A stretch of DNA of 64,000 nt from Yuukianura sp. NJ FZ-2021 (Eukaryota), in NCBI GenBank assembly GCA_046563655.1, contig CM102289.1, positions 1,550,001 through 1,614,000 of the forward strand. Direction: 5' to 3'. This document shows, piece by piece, positions 1 to 12,396 of the stretch. Within the stretch, counting starts at the first letter, position 1. Each line of letters begins with the position of its first letter. The position numbers and the translations under genes are program-made. The notes beneath the pieces were generated by a model. It ran no database searches. It saw only the letters and a list, made by a program, of their open reading frames with translations, and was not told where the DNA came from.

Positions 1-156
1 ATGCCGAAACTTTTTCATCGCAATTTTCTTAGAGCAACGCTTTTTTTGACAACAATGTGCAAAATTTCTTTGAACAATAACTCAAATAAGAATAACTATA
101 AATCTCAATATTTATATAATGTTATTATTATAATAATTATATGAATTTTTTTTTAG

Positions 157-1941
157 ACAAAATGCTCCGTCTGGTCCACTCTCTCTGTCTTCTCCCGGAT
201 CAATGTTGTTGTTCGGTGGTCGTCCGACGGACTTCCAGATGAAAGTTGATTCCGCAGAATCTGAAGAGTACTACAAAGGCTGCTTAGGCGACATCAGTGT
301 CAACGGAAAACAAATTGATTTCAGTGCCTCTGAAGGTTCCGGATCCTCCGTTACCCGGAACTGTCAATCCGAAAAAGAAGAAGTTCCGCCCGAAAACTCT
401 TCTTATGCAATCGGGCGAGACGACGATCTTGAAGAAAAATCCACCAAGAGTCCTGCGCCAGCAGAACACCAAGAAACTACTACGCAAATGCCAGAAACAA
501 CTACGTATATTCCTCCTCCGCCATTCATACAGAGACCGGCTACAAAAAAACCGAAAGTACCGGAAAATGCCGTTCCGTTCGAAAAGTGTCGACTGCCCTA
601 CAGACGCCAACTTCCGTTAGACGACGACGCCAGTTTAGATGATGGCGTCCAATTCGGAAATTTTGACAAAACTTCTAGAATTGAATTCACAGAGGCCAAA
701 GATGATGGCGGGAGATCCGAATATTCAATTGAATTCAAAACGTTGTACCCCGATGGCGTCATTTTGATCAAAACCCGGGTAGATTCGACCGATTTCATTT
801 CAGTTTACCTCCGAGGGGGGTCAATCCACTTTGCATTTGACCTTGGATCGGGTCAAGGGGTCATCAATAGCACAAAAACTTACAATGATGGAGTTTGGCA
901 TACTGTCATGGTAGAGCGCATACTTGCAGAAGGAACTTTGACTGTAGATGGAGAATTGATTGGAAAAGGAAGTTCTCCTGGATCAACTACAAACATCAAT
1001 GCTGGCCAAACCCTGTTTATCGGTGGGTTGAGTGGAGCTATGTGGTCTAAAAAGTTCAATACGGCCAGGAAAGTGGGAAGTCCCATGGGCCCTTTTAACG
1101 GGTGCCTTAGGAATTTGAACATCAGAAATGAGCATCCTGGACAACCGACACTTACAAACGCAATTGAACCGTGCATGGAACTCAGCGAACCGGGATTCGC
1201 TTTTTATCCGAACCAAGGCTACATGAAACTGAGTAAGTTCCAAAAAAGGCGGAGTTTTTAGCTAACTTTAAAAAACCGAGATCTGCTACCATAGTTTAAA
1301 AGAGCAAACTCTTTCACATTTTTTTTGTATGTGTAGCTGACAAGTTCAAAGTCGGTCGACGCATCAAAATTGACCTTGCGATCAAACCAAGGTCACCGTC
1401 TGGAATCCTGCTTGCTGTGCACGGCGAAACCGACTACATGGTACTTCAAATGGTCAATGGCACAATTAAATTTACAATTGACAACGGAAAAGCTCCATTG
1501 GCCAGCAGCTTCTCTACGCAACCGTACGATCTATGCGATGGTAGATGGCACACAATTCAAGGTAATAAATTTAAGTTTTTGTGCGGGAAGATGTAAAATT
1601 CGCGGTAATTAATTTCCTTCAGCTTAAATTTTTGAATTTCAAAATTGTGAATTCTAAATTTTTGAATTTCAGCTTCCAAGTCCAAAAATGTAGTGACGCT
1701 GGGAATTGACGACACTTTTGCAAGTCCGGGAATTGGTCCGGGCGGATCCGATGCTACGGACACTGACCATCCTCTGTACTGGGGTGGACATCCGAACCCT
1801 GCTGGCAAACCGGGACTGGAAACAACTGAACAATTTGTAGGGTGCATGCGCAACTTGGTCATTTATGGACGGAATGCTATCAAATATGACTACGAAGCCA
1901 TGCAAGGTACAGTGGGTGTACATACCTGCCAGAGTGATTAG
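157..1941 (+). CDS. LanA: Laminin alpha chain (alpha3/5 type) 3' exons: end of LG3, Thr/Pro-rich linker, LG4, LG5; 5' part lies outside the window. Exons 157-1232, 1337-1561, 1673-1941
   Basis: LamG motifs (IEFKTLYPDGVIL, FAFDLGSG, YNDGVWHTV, LFIGG, FNGCLRNL, LCDGRWHTI, LYWGGHP, FVGCMRNL); three GT-AG bounded exons splice in frame to the stop at 1941. Confidence 0.85.
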
Positions 1942-2183
1942 GATTTACAAAAAACTTTGTCAGAAGATTTTGTCTCAAACTCACATTTTTTAGAATAAAT
2001 TTCTGTGTAGAAATGAATTAGTTTTCCGAACGCTTAGGCTTTGCAGCGGGTTTTTTATTACTAAATATTTATTGATTTGTCCATGCCCTTAATGTTAATT
2101 AAGTAAATGTTTTGAGGTATTTGGTTAGAAATATTTAATATTAAGTATTTCGCCTTTTTAGGGTAATATTTTTTCCGTGTCTA

Positions 2184-2390
2184 ATACTCAAGGCGGTTTT
2201 GGTATGAACAACAATGCCGAAGCTGTCGCTCATGCTACTAAAAATTTTAGTAATTTTGCATATTTAATATGCCCAAATACTACTCATCCGTCTCCCAAGG
2301 TGCTGCTCAAGATGTCAAAAATGCTTTCAACCTTATCAGAAGAGCCAAATGCTACAATCTTTGAAGGTAACAATCTGAGTGATTAAGGTT
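2184..2390 (+). mobile_element. Degenerate reverse-transcriptase fragment of a CRE-like non-LTR retrotransposon (copy 1 of 6)
   Basis: Across a frameshift reads QGGFGMNNNAEAVAHAT...KVLLKM/KNAFNLIRR, resembling the RT motif Q.GFG...GAEA.VHA.R...KVLLKLDFKNAFN.I.R. Further copies at ~5596-5740, 11157-11380, 19401-19540, 34621-34713, 36733-36915. Confidence 0.55.
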
Positions 2391-3149
2391 TGAAAAACGA
2401 CAATGTTAAAAGAATGTGTGTACAGTATTTCAAAAATCACATTTTTTAAGGCCGATTTAATTTAAATCATTGCCATAAGAAGGCACGGTGAAGTAAGTTT
2501 TGCTAATTTTTTAACAAAATTGAAAATGTTATAGTTACTGCCTAACCTGTTGCAGAAAAAACTTTTTTGTTGTTGACGAACTTCGTTGGGAATCGCTCAC
2601 TCTCTATTGTGTCCCATTAACGTTGAATTTTTTTTAATACCCTAAACAAGGAATATTCTTAGTTCTGAAGTATAACCTTCCAGTTACGTATTCAAATGCG
2701 TCAGTAAATTAATTTGAACGAAAACAATAACGGCAATTTTCCATCATCAAAGCGCCAAGACTTCACACAATGGAAAAACCTTGATTTCGATTTTTAGAAA
2801 TTACGCCGAAAACTTAATAATCCACTCAACGGAACCTTGAATAAGATTCACTTATCTGAATATGGCTGTAAAGTTGAATTTGAATTGCGTCAATTCTTAT
2901 TTTAATTATCGCCTTCCCGAAACTTTTTTAAGTCCTTGATAATTTAGCTTTGTTGAATTCCGTTTCCTCATTGTCGCATTGTCTGAACGGGGCTTTATTA
3001 ACGCAATCGAATTTGTCGCTTAGCATAGTCTTATTCTTTCACCGGAAGCTAAGACACTCGACGAAATTTAAGCGGAAAAGTTACGGGTAATCTTTTTATC
3101 TTACATTAATTTGAACAAAGGTATCTTACGATTAGTGTTTTATATGCTA

Positions 3150-3632
3150 GAATCGGATAAGTACCCTCGAAAAAAGCGTCTTAAATACTTAAAAAGTCTG
3201 TAAAAATTGGTCCAAAAAAGTTCAAAAAACATGTAAGAAAAGTCCCAAGAATTAAGAAATACCGCTAATTTATTGCCCCCATAATTCACGTGACAAGTCC
3301 AAAATGCAAAACATTCAAAGTTTTCAATGGTAAAACACTGTCGACTGTCACTTGATATTTCTTTTAATATTTTCTTTTCTATTTTTTTTTCTGAAGCTGT
3401 ACTGGTGAGACATGTGTTTTCCAGTGATTTTTTTCCACCCGAATTTGAACAAATTTGTGTAATTTTTTGAAAACTTTTGCCATTTTTCATGAAAAAATTG
3501 ACATACGTAAGGAAAAAAAGTCCTAAAAACGTTTTATGGTCGAAAAAGTTTTTAAAACTTTTTTAACGTTTTAAAAGTCCGCAAAGTGCTAAAAGTGCTC
3601 AAAAAAAGTTTTCGCGTATATATCCGATCTCT
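3150..3632. mobile_element. Old MITE-like element upstream of TPS-A (second copy ~32294-32780)
   Basis: Imperfect inverted ends ATCGGATAAGTAC ... GTA(C/T)(T/A)TATCCGAT, better preserved in the second copy; no TSD identified. Confidence 0.4.
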
Positions 3633-3715
3633 GTTTATATTTCAACAACAACATATTTATTCCCAGCAAAAATATAATTAACTTGAATAATTGTTAGGTT
3701 AGTCTCTTTTAGATA

Positions 3716-4822
3716 ATGGAACTGAGGCAAGTGATGCAACGGAAACTGCAGTTTGATTTTGGAACATTTTGGGATCCAATATGTAAAGAGTCAGTTGAGG
3801 TCAAGGGACAATTCCCAATAATTATTCCCCGTGTGGAAAGAATATTGGTACAGGAAGACGTGGAACGCAGTCAGAAGTTTCTCAAAATTTGGACAGAATC
3901 AATGTTTAAATCGGATTTAAATCCCAAATATGTCGAAGATTTGGCTACCACGGTTGCAATATTTGTAACCCTCACTTATCCATTCCAACCTATCGGCAGT
4001 CCAAAATTTAATTTGTGTCTTCTGTTCCTTATGTTCATATGGGTCATTGACGACATTCTGGAGTCATGTGTGAGCAACAAAATCACTTCTGAACAAGTTT
4101 ATACCAACGGTGCAACATATCTCCTAGGAATACTGTCAAAGAATACAACAGATTTTGACAAAGAAAAAGTAGAAGGATTTCCTTCGTTTCAAGGTTTGTT
4201 TAATGCTTTCTCTGACATTGTCCAAAAGCTTCAAGTATTCGATTCCACCGGAGGAACAAAAACCCAGCAATTTTACTTCCTTTTCAAAGAGTATTTTGAA
4301 TGTGTGGCTCGCCGGAATAAGATTGATGGCGCCCTATCCGAAGAAACTTTTCGGAAATGGCGAGGATACACAGGGTTTACGGCGGGAATGGTAGAATTCT
4401 ACTGGATTGTAGAAAATGAGCATGGACTGCCGTCTGAAGTTCTGGAATCACCCGTACTCCATTCCATTTGGTCTGTTACTGACTCTATGGGGGCATTTAC
4501 AAATGATTTGCTGGGTATCCTCATCGACGTCCTCCATGGCAACAAACAACCTGAGCAATATCAAGTTGACAGTTTACTTGTTTTCAAAATTGTCCAAAAA
4601 GGAATTCGATTTTGTGATGCCGTTGACCAAGTTTGTGAAGTAGTTAAGAACGATGTGGTTGAATATTTGAAGTTGCGGGAGAACTTTGTGCAAAATTTTT
4701 CAAAATGTTCTAAGGCCATGAAATACATTGACATGATTGAAGCAGCTTTGTATGGGCACTGTCGATCATACCTGTACATGCCACGATACCGGGCTGCTGG
4801 TTGTGTAAAACTTACAGACTAA
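3716..4822 (+). CDS. Microbial-type class I terpene synthase, subfamily A copy 1 (368 aa, single coding exon)
   Basis: FIWVIDDILE aspartate-rich motif, F..WR..TG sensor Arg/helix-G kink, NDLLG NSE-like motif, C-terminal PRY; AATAAA after the stop. Confidence 0.85.
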   Translation: MELRQVMQRKLQFDFGTFWDPICKESVEVKGQFPIIIPRVERILVQEDVERSQKFLKIWTESMFKSDLNPKYVEDLATTVAIFVTLTYPFQPIGSPKFNLCLLFLMFIWVIDDILESCVSNKITSEQVYTNGATYLLGILSKNTTDFDKEKVEGFPSFQGLFNAFSDIVQKLQVFDSTGGTKTQQFYFLFKEYFECVARRNKIDGALSEETFRKWRGYTGFTAGMVEFYWIVENEHGLPSEVLESPVLHSIWSVTDSMGAFTNDLLGILIDVLHGNKQPEQYQVDSLLVFKIVQKGIRFCDAVDQVCEVVKNDVVEYLKLRENFVQNFSKCSKAMKYIDMIEAALYGHCRSYLYMPRYRAAGCVKLTD

Positions 4823-6541
4823 CGTAAAATTTACCAAATTTCAAACTAAACTATATCCGTAGTCAGTAATTGAATAAAATCAATCAAGTTGTTTGACTTC
4901 TTAGAGAATACATTTGCTGGGAAGTTCGATACTTTTTCTCAAAACCAGTGTTTCGTAAAATGCGCCTTTTTAAAGTCGATGCTTTGCTTTTTGCTGTAAA
5001 TAGTTTTTTTTGCTGTTTTTGCTTTTTATGCTTTAAAAGCAAAAGGTTGCTTTAAATGCTGCTGGAAGGAATGAAGGAATGTGGCCGAAATCGACTAACT
5101 CGTAATTAACGTATTATACGTCACAATAACCTTATACTTGTTAAATAATTTAACTAAATTTGGTTTATTGCGGTTTTTCCTTAGAAAACAATAAATTTGT
5201 CTTAAAAATGTCAATTAATTGATGTTTCAAAAACAGAAAAATAATAAAAATAACAAGTGTGAAAATCGCTGCTTGCTTCATAACAGATTCTAATTCGATT
5301 GAGTTAAGGTAACGTAGTTAAAGCTACGTAGTCACATGTTGCAAATTAAATACAAAATATATGCCATGAATTCATATTTTTGGTAAGGTATCTTTTATTT
5401 GTTACTCAAATTTCTGAAATTTTGATATATTTAAGAAAATTTTTCTAGCGGCTACTTGGCAACAGCATGACTCATGACGCATGATAGTCTTCCATCCGGG
5501 CAGCGTTCCATTGCATAAGCACAATTCCCGGAGATGTCATAGCTTGGCGATTTGCGCCTGCGCAGGTCGTGGACCGGCACTGCTCAACTGTCTTGCCATG
5601 TTACTAGAATGTACACAAATACTACTCATCCGTATCCCAAGGTGCTGCTCAAGATGTCAAAAATGCTTTCAACCTTATATTATCACAGAAGACCAAATGC
5701 AACCATCTTTGAAGGTAACAATCTGAGTGGTGATTAAGGTTTGAAAAACGACACTTTTAAAAGAAGATGTTATTCCACAAATCATATTTTTTAGAAGAAA
5801 AAATATGTTGTGTTTAATAAATTTCTTCATCTAACGCTTTACATTAGCATTATTCGCAAGAAAGCCGATTTCCGAAAAACAACGTTATTGATTTTTAACG
5901 TTTTTAACATTTCCACATTCAATTATGAGGTTCGTTAGTTAGAAAAAATGGCGAAATCGCTTCTTTCCTTCGTGGTTGTCATTTATTTTTTGATTGAGCT
6001 ACATGAGACTTCGAAAATTGGAAAGTTATACAATTTTAAGGATTAGCAGAAGTTAGGTTAAGTGTTTACTTTTTAAGTTTTATCTGATGTAAATGTGGTT
6101 TATAACTCAATTACTTAGCAATCGTAATGAAGTCATGAGACGTAGCAGCGACGATACTAAAGCCTTTAACGTTGTTTTTTGATTTCAGAATAGCCTAATT
6201 GGCAACGCAAAAATTTAATGAGGCAATAACAACCTGACTCATTTTCAATTCTAGTGCCTAAAAACTGAAAAACGATAGGGTTGTTGGACTTATAAATTAA
6301 AAATAAAGGTGAATGAGGACATTTCCGAAGAAGAAAAAACTTTATCCCACTTGTATTGAAATCCATTTCGGATACAGCGGTTAAACAGTTCAAATGTTGG
6401 TACAATTTGGGTTTCTGAAATAGCAAATTTTTCAAAGCTTTTTAATTACTTGGTTGTACTACTCATTTGTAGATTTTGTGGTTAGTGTTGGTAGTTAGTA
6501 GCTATAATTTTTTGCTAGGTTAATAGCCCAATAGTAATAAC

Positions 6542-7282
6542 CAGAGCCGCAAAAAATATGTTGTTAAAACCAGTGAAATATGTATTTAAATATGTACTAA
6601 AAATCAGTGAAATATTTACTAAAATATTTTTTATTTTACGAAATATTTAGCTATTTCCTAAAAATTACTACTCAACTGTACCATCAATGCGAGTTTTACA
6701 GAACACCTATTCCAATTAGAAACGCTTTTGAGAGGATTCTAGATGTAAATTAGCCAGCACGCATCCTGCGTACATCAGACTAAAAGTACGCTGATCCATC
6801 TGTACGCTTACACCTAGTTTTTAGCGTACATTTGTTTAAGCGTGCGGGGTTTTGCACATACGATCAATTGCCTGTACGCTTAGGCGATTTCGCGCGTTCA
6901 AAACTCTTCTGAAATAAGTTATTGCAATTTTAAAAAAATTTCTCTGATTAAAGTAATGAGTGAAAGGGTTATTTTTAATCACAGGAACTGCATTAGAAGT
7001 GGGAAATTATAAAATAATTTTGCCACCCATATCCCTCCATACTATGTAGTGCTGATTACGGAAAAACTTACGTAAAACACCTCGACATTGGTCTTTTCAA
7101 TCGCCGATAGGGGAAAAATTGGCTTGAAATGTCAGAAAATTGTCAAAAATCCGCTAAAAATACCTCCTTTTTGTCAAATTCTGAGAATATTTTGGTAAAT
7201 ATTTTTTATATTTTTTTTCGAGAAATATTTTTTTAAAATATAAAAATATGTAATATGTAAAAAAATATGTTTTGCGGCTCTG
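6542..7282. mobile_element. hAT-type non-autonomous element (741 bp)
   Basis: TIR CAGAGCCGCAAAA / TTTTGCGGCTCTG; 8-bp TSD GTAATAAC (6534-6541, 7283-7290); the paralogous site at ~20312 has a single GTAATAAC (empty site). Confidence 0.9.
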
Positions 7283-7326
7283 GTAATAACCAAAACTTTG
7301 CTCATTGAATTGTGTTAAATTTTGGA

Positions 7327-8580
7327 ATGCAGAAAAGGCTTAACTTATGTGTGAAGTTGTTGTACATGTGGGCAGGAGCTCTGAATTATGTTTATGTCCC
7401 TGTTCAGTACAACTTTGGACGTAATAAACCCGATACTATAGTTCACTCCGTCCAAAAATTCCCATCAGTATGCAAAATTTTTGGAATATTTTCAACACTT
7501 GTCGCAGGTTTGTTTATTTCCTACTTGTACTACGAAGTAGTATTCGGACCTACTACAGAAATGGAAAAAATATTTGCTCTTGGGTTGAACTGCATCTTTA
7601 ACATAATGCACATAACACAATATGTTATGCTCATCCCAACTGCTAGAAACCGTTGTCGTTAATGTTATCAACGTTGCTCTGGATACCATGTTCCACTTGT
7701 CCAAAAAATTGCCGCTCTTTTATGAAATAATATGCTTCATACTATTGTATGATTCCGTCATGTATCCATTAATGTTTGGTCCAATGTTATATGCTATGTC
7801 ATGGACATTCCCTGGACTTTTCACTACATTTCACAGCGGAATGTGGACTATTGCTTCACAACTTAGCACTCCTGAATCTGTTGCCTTTTCCTGGATGTTC
7901 AGCTCATGTAAATTTAGTGTTATATTCATTGTTACGATCGGATTGGGGCATTCAGCCATCAATTGTATGGTTTTCGGTCACTGGATGTTTACATATTTAT
8001 TTACAACTATTCAAAGTTTAAAGGATCTCAGTTGGTAAGCAAGTTTCAAATTTTCAAGAGTTGTTACTGAAACAAAAAATTATTTTTTAATGACAGTGAA
8101 ACGGAGTTAGATACGGATGGGAATCGCCTCCATATACACATATGGGAGGTGCGTCGGGCGTATTTGAAGCTTAAAGTGGCTGGTGAAGCATATCGAGTAG
8201 CATTTGGAACGGCAACGTCTTTGGTCATACTGAACCTTCTCATGGCCATTGCCGTTTTAACTTTTTTCACAATCAGGAGTTCCGGTTATCCTTTTGTGAT
8301 CGTATTTACTATGGCCTTTGCTGATTTTGGTTGCGCAGTGGGAACAAATTTGATTCTTCGTCTTTCAACAAACCAGCATATTCTGTCCAACGATTTCATT
8401 CAAAATGCTCGTCGTCGTGCCCGAGAACCCTCAAAATTGGACTCAAAGTTCTGGAAAGGAATGACTCCGCTACGCATCCATGTTGGAACTGCAGCCTCTT
8501 TTGAAACTAGAGAATTCATTTTGTTCATTTGGGCTCAAGTGGTTGTGGGCTCTATTATAAACCTTCTCCTTGCATTTTGA
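7327..8580 (+). pseudogene. Gustatory/odorant-receptor-like 7TM gene copy 1, +1 frameshift at ~7657; exons 7327-8034, 8097-8580
   Basis: Close paralog of the intact copies; TGTCGTTAAT vs TGTATTAAT in paralogs; conserved phase-2 intron. Confidence 0.8.
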
Positions 8581-8886
8581 ACAGAATGAGAATCTTCTTT
8601 GTTTAAATAGAAGTTGTAGTACGCATGTAAATATTTATTTCTCCTAGTAAGTTGCATGTTTGAAATTTGATAAATGACACTCTGCCAAATTTGTTTATCA
8701 AAACTACCAGTTATATATTTTATTCTTAAGATGAAAATTATTGTTTTGTTTTAACTACTTAATTTACAATACTCATTTTTTGAAATTAGAGTAAAAAAAA
8801 TTTTTTTTTATAAGAATAACTCCTTGGGTCATTTAATAAAACGTGTGCTGGACATGTAGCACAGATTGGTTTCTAAATATAACGCT

Positions 8887-9272
8887 CTTTGTGATGGAAG
8901 ATGGCACACCATCCAAGGTAAAGTATTTAAGTTTTAGGGCGGGAAAAAATGTAAAACTTGTAATTTTTCTTGAGTTTAAATTTTTGAATTTTCAAATTTT
9001 CAGCTTCCAAATCCAAGAACGTAGTGACGCTGGGAATTGACGACAGTTTTGCAAGTCCCGGGATTGGTCCGGGCGGATCCGATGCCACGGACACTGACCA
9101 TCCTCTGTACTGGGGTGGACATCCGAACCCTGCTGGCAAACCGGGACTGGAAACAACTGAACAATTTGTAGGGTGCATGCCCAACTTGGTCATTTATGGA
9201 CGGAATGCTATCAAATATGACTACGAAGCCATGCAAGGCACAGTGGGTGTACATACCTGTCAGAGTGACTAA
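8887..9272 (+). pseudogene. Laminin alpha 3' fragment (tail of penultimate exon 8887-8917 plus last exon 9004-9272)
   Basis: LCDGRWHTIQ plus near-identical last exon; upstream laminin exons absent. Confidence 0.85.
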
Positions 9273-9602
9273 TATTTAAAAAAAAACTTTGTCAGAAGAA
9301 TTCGTATATTTCAAAATCACATTTTTTTTAAACAAATTCTGTGTAGAAATAAATTAATTCATTCGAACGCTTAGGTTTTGCAGCGGGTTTTTTATTACTA
9401 AATATTTATTGATTCTCCCATGCCCTTAATGTTAATTAAGTAAATGTTTTGAGGTATTTGATTAGAAATTTTTAATATTTAAGTATTTCGCCTGTTTTAA
9501 GGAAATATTATTTCCGTGTCTAGCAATAATGCAAATCACAAGCAATTTTATTGTACTAACTTCCGCCAGAAGGCAATCACTTTCTGGTTGTTTAACAATT
9601 TT

Positions 9603-10328
9603 CTAACAATTTTTCAAGGAGTAAGTAACGGTTTTGGTTGTATCGAAACCTAAGTTTTCTAAAACCAAACGCAATGCCATCTTCGTTTTCCTCTTCAAAC
9701 GTTTTTTGGGGGAGACGACATAGAAAACAGTTTTTCCAGAGTAGCAAACGGTAGTCAGCAATGTTGATCCATCAGTCCAGACAATTGAACGCATAGTGGA
9801 GCCATCGCCTACTAAATTGTCATACGTTTTAGTATTCTTTTTGCTCATCTTTGCCAAAATTCGGTGACGATAGGCACAGTTCTTGTGGACAGAAGGTTTG
9901 TTTTCACCGTGGCAGATTTCGATGCATCGTGTTGTCTCGGTTGGAGATTGGCCCATTTGAAAAGTCCATCCAACTCTAACATTTCCCAAACTTCACGCTA
10001 AGGAAAGTCTTCCATTGGGCATGTAAACATAATCCGTTCTGAAGCAGAGCGACTCCATGTCGGTATCACTAGAAATTGGCACCCCGCGCATGCGCATATA
10101 CAAGCTGTCGACATGTGCTGCAAGTTGACTACTCATGATTAGGTGCATGGGTTTGCTCAGTGCCTTCTGGAGTGCGCTGTGATTGTGCGGCAAACTTTGT
10201 CCGAGGCAGCGACAATCGTCGCATTGCGGCTCCAGAATGTCCTCCATTGCCCAAGACTTTCCTTCTGCAAATTTTGTACAAGAAATAAATAAAACGGGAA
10301 GTAAATATTTCCAGTTGTGTGAAAACAT
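9603..10328 (-). pseudogene. Secreted lipocalin/calycin-like protein with one in-frame TGA at 9993-9995
   Basis: Signal peptide MFSHNWKYLLPVLFISCTKFAEG; ORFs 9993-10352 and 9603-9989 share a frame; C-terminal IVWTD...C....FYVVS....L......LGF........C pattern is lipocalin-like. Confidence 0.55.
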
Positions 10329-10398
10329 GGCCTTAACGTTTGACCGTTTCACCTCTATGAGAGAATGGAATAAAATGCACGTAATGAACTTGCTGAAG

Positions 10399-10815
10399 TT
10401 ACGATGGAAACCTTTTGACGTGATCTGGACATTTTGAATTTAAAAATTACAGTCATATTCTGTATGTCGAAAGAAAATTTTCGGCATTAGTTTTGATTTC
10501 GAAGGCCCAAAAAAGTTACACCGCCCTTGGTTATCTTCTTCAACAGACACATGTTTTGGATGTTATGGCATTTCTCTAGACGTTTTCCAATAAGGAATTC
10601 GACATAAAAAATCTTTTATCTCTTTGAGATAGGAGACGCGGCTTCGAGTCAAGGTCGGGGTATATTTTTTTGGCGTTCGCAATCAAAACTACTTCCGGAA
10701 ATTTTCTTTCGACGCAACTGAAACTATTTCACAAAAATTTTGTTAGGCATACCGAACATGAGTGTAATTTTTAAATTCAAAATTTCGAGATCACGCCAAA
10801 AGGGTTTCCTCGTTA
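10399..10815. mobile_element. Palindromic MITE upstream of the lipocalin-like gene (second copy 34953-36390 with nested insertion)
   Basis: Imperfect inverted repeat of at least 80 bp: ACGATGGAAACCTTTTGACGTGATC..AATTTAAAAATTAC vs GTAATTTTTAAATT..GATCACGCCAAAAGGGTTTCCTCGT. Confidence 0.65.
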
Positions 10816-12259
10816 AAAGTGGTGGTGAAGTCAAGTCAAACAGAAGATGAAGCAAACAGTGCGTTATTCCAACTGCAAACCAAATAGCACACATATTAGC
10901 ATAAAGTATAGGCAGAAAAATGTGAGACCGTTTGTGGGCCAATTTTGTAATTTATTATTCACATGTTTTATGTTAAACTTAATTAATATTTATTACTCAA
11001 CCTGGTAAAGTAATTCCAGATGATAGCAACCTTCGCGTTGAGTGATAGACACAGAATGCTCATTAATTAATTCAAGGATTTAATTGATGTTGCTCAAAGA
11101 TCTTAAACAATAAAACAGTTGTTTAGCACAACGACGCAACACCTTCGTGGTAACACCTACTCAAGGCGGTTTTGCTATGAACAACGATGCCGAATCTGTC
11201 GCTCATGTTACTAAACATTTTAGTAATTTTGAATACTGTGCACATAATATTAGTATTTTGCACAAATACTACTCATCCGTATCCCAAGGTGCTGCTCAAG
11301 ATGTCAAAAGTGCTTTCAACCTTATTAGAAGAGCCAAATTCTACAATCTTTGAAGGTAACAATCTGAGTGATTAAGGTTTAAAAAACGACAATATGTTAA
11401 AAGAATGTGTGTACAGTATTTCAAAAATCACATTTTTTTAGGCCGATTTAATTTAAATCATTGCCATAAGAAGGCACGGTGAAGTAAGTTTTGCTAATTT
11501 TTTAACAAAATTGAAAAAGTTATAGTTACTGCCTAACCTGTTGCCTAACTTTTTTGTTGTTGACGAACCTTGTTGGGAATCGCTCACTTTCTATTGTGTC
11601 CCATTAACGTTGAATTATTTTTAAATGCCATAAACAAGGAATATTCTTACGTTAGTTCTGAAGTATAACCTTCCAGTTACGTATTCAAATGCGTCAGTAA
11701 ATAAATCGAACGAGAACAATAACGGCAATTTTCCATCATCAAAGCCCCAAGACTTCACACAATGGAAAAACCTTGATTTCGAAATTCGTGTTAATCGCGA
11801 AAATGTGTGCCGGAATAAGATTGATGGCGCCCTATCCGAAGAAACTTTTCGGAAATGGTGTTAAATCCTTAATCTCTCCCCGAGAAGAAGTGATTTTCGT
11901 TCGTTGGACCGAAGCAGTCACGAGAATTGATTTTGAAACATTTATTTTACTTATTCTGAAAATTTAACCAATTGACCAAATTCCTTTTTCTTTTCTTAAT
12001 ATCCACAATCCTACTAAAAATCTTAACACACAAGAATCCTATTCAAAGACACGCCAGGAAAAACGCCATTTCAAATCGAGCGCCTCTTTCTCAAAAATAA
12101 CAAAACAAATCTGGCGCTGGTTTTTAACTTAAAATCAATAATTAAAATTAACCTTAATTTCTAACACATTCCCACCTTCTTTGGCTGGGAAGTCAAAGAA
12201 AACAACAAACCCAAACGTTAACTTTAAACTTAAAATTAAATTTAGGTCGATCAGAAAAT

Positions 12260-12395
12260 CTTAAAACTAGTATTTAGGATGAACTGAAAACTTAAAACTA
12301 GTATTTAGGATGAACTGAAAACTTAAAACTAGTATTTAGGACGAACTGAAAACTTAAAACTAGTATTTAGGACGAACTCAAAAAAGCTTAAAACT
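12260..12395. repeat. 31-bp tandem repeat x4 in the retrotransposon 3' untranslated region
   Basis: CTTAAAACTAGTATTTAGGAYGAACTGAAAA at 12260, 12291, 12322, 12353. Confidence 0.9.
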
Positions 12396-12396
12396 A

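Noticed and set aside
284..1243. Short overlapping and antisense ORFs over laminin (and likewise over TPS, receptor, gag-pol and zinc-finger genes)
   Set aside because: Alternative-frame shadows of the real coding exons
2177..2386. Small repeated ORF family (..THPSPKVLLKMSKMLSTL..) as real peptides
   Set aside because: Starts and frames differ among copies; better explained as a frameshifted RT relic
3489..3506. Short first coding exon MKKLTY for TPS-A
   Set aside because: In frame for copy 1 but gives an immediate stop in copy 3, and lies within a MITE-like element
3716..4822. Bacterial contamination as source of the TPS genes
   Set aside because: Interleaved with spliced animal genes, interrupted by a host LTR element, host-like composition and poly(A) signals
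9993..9995. Selenocysteine or readthrough TGA
   Set aside because: No SECIS-like hairpin or redox motif recognised; a nonsense change or base error is simpler
12260..12395. CRISPR-like 31-bp repeats
   Set aside because: No spacers; ordinary tandem repeat in the retrotransposon 3' region
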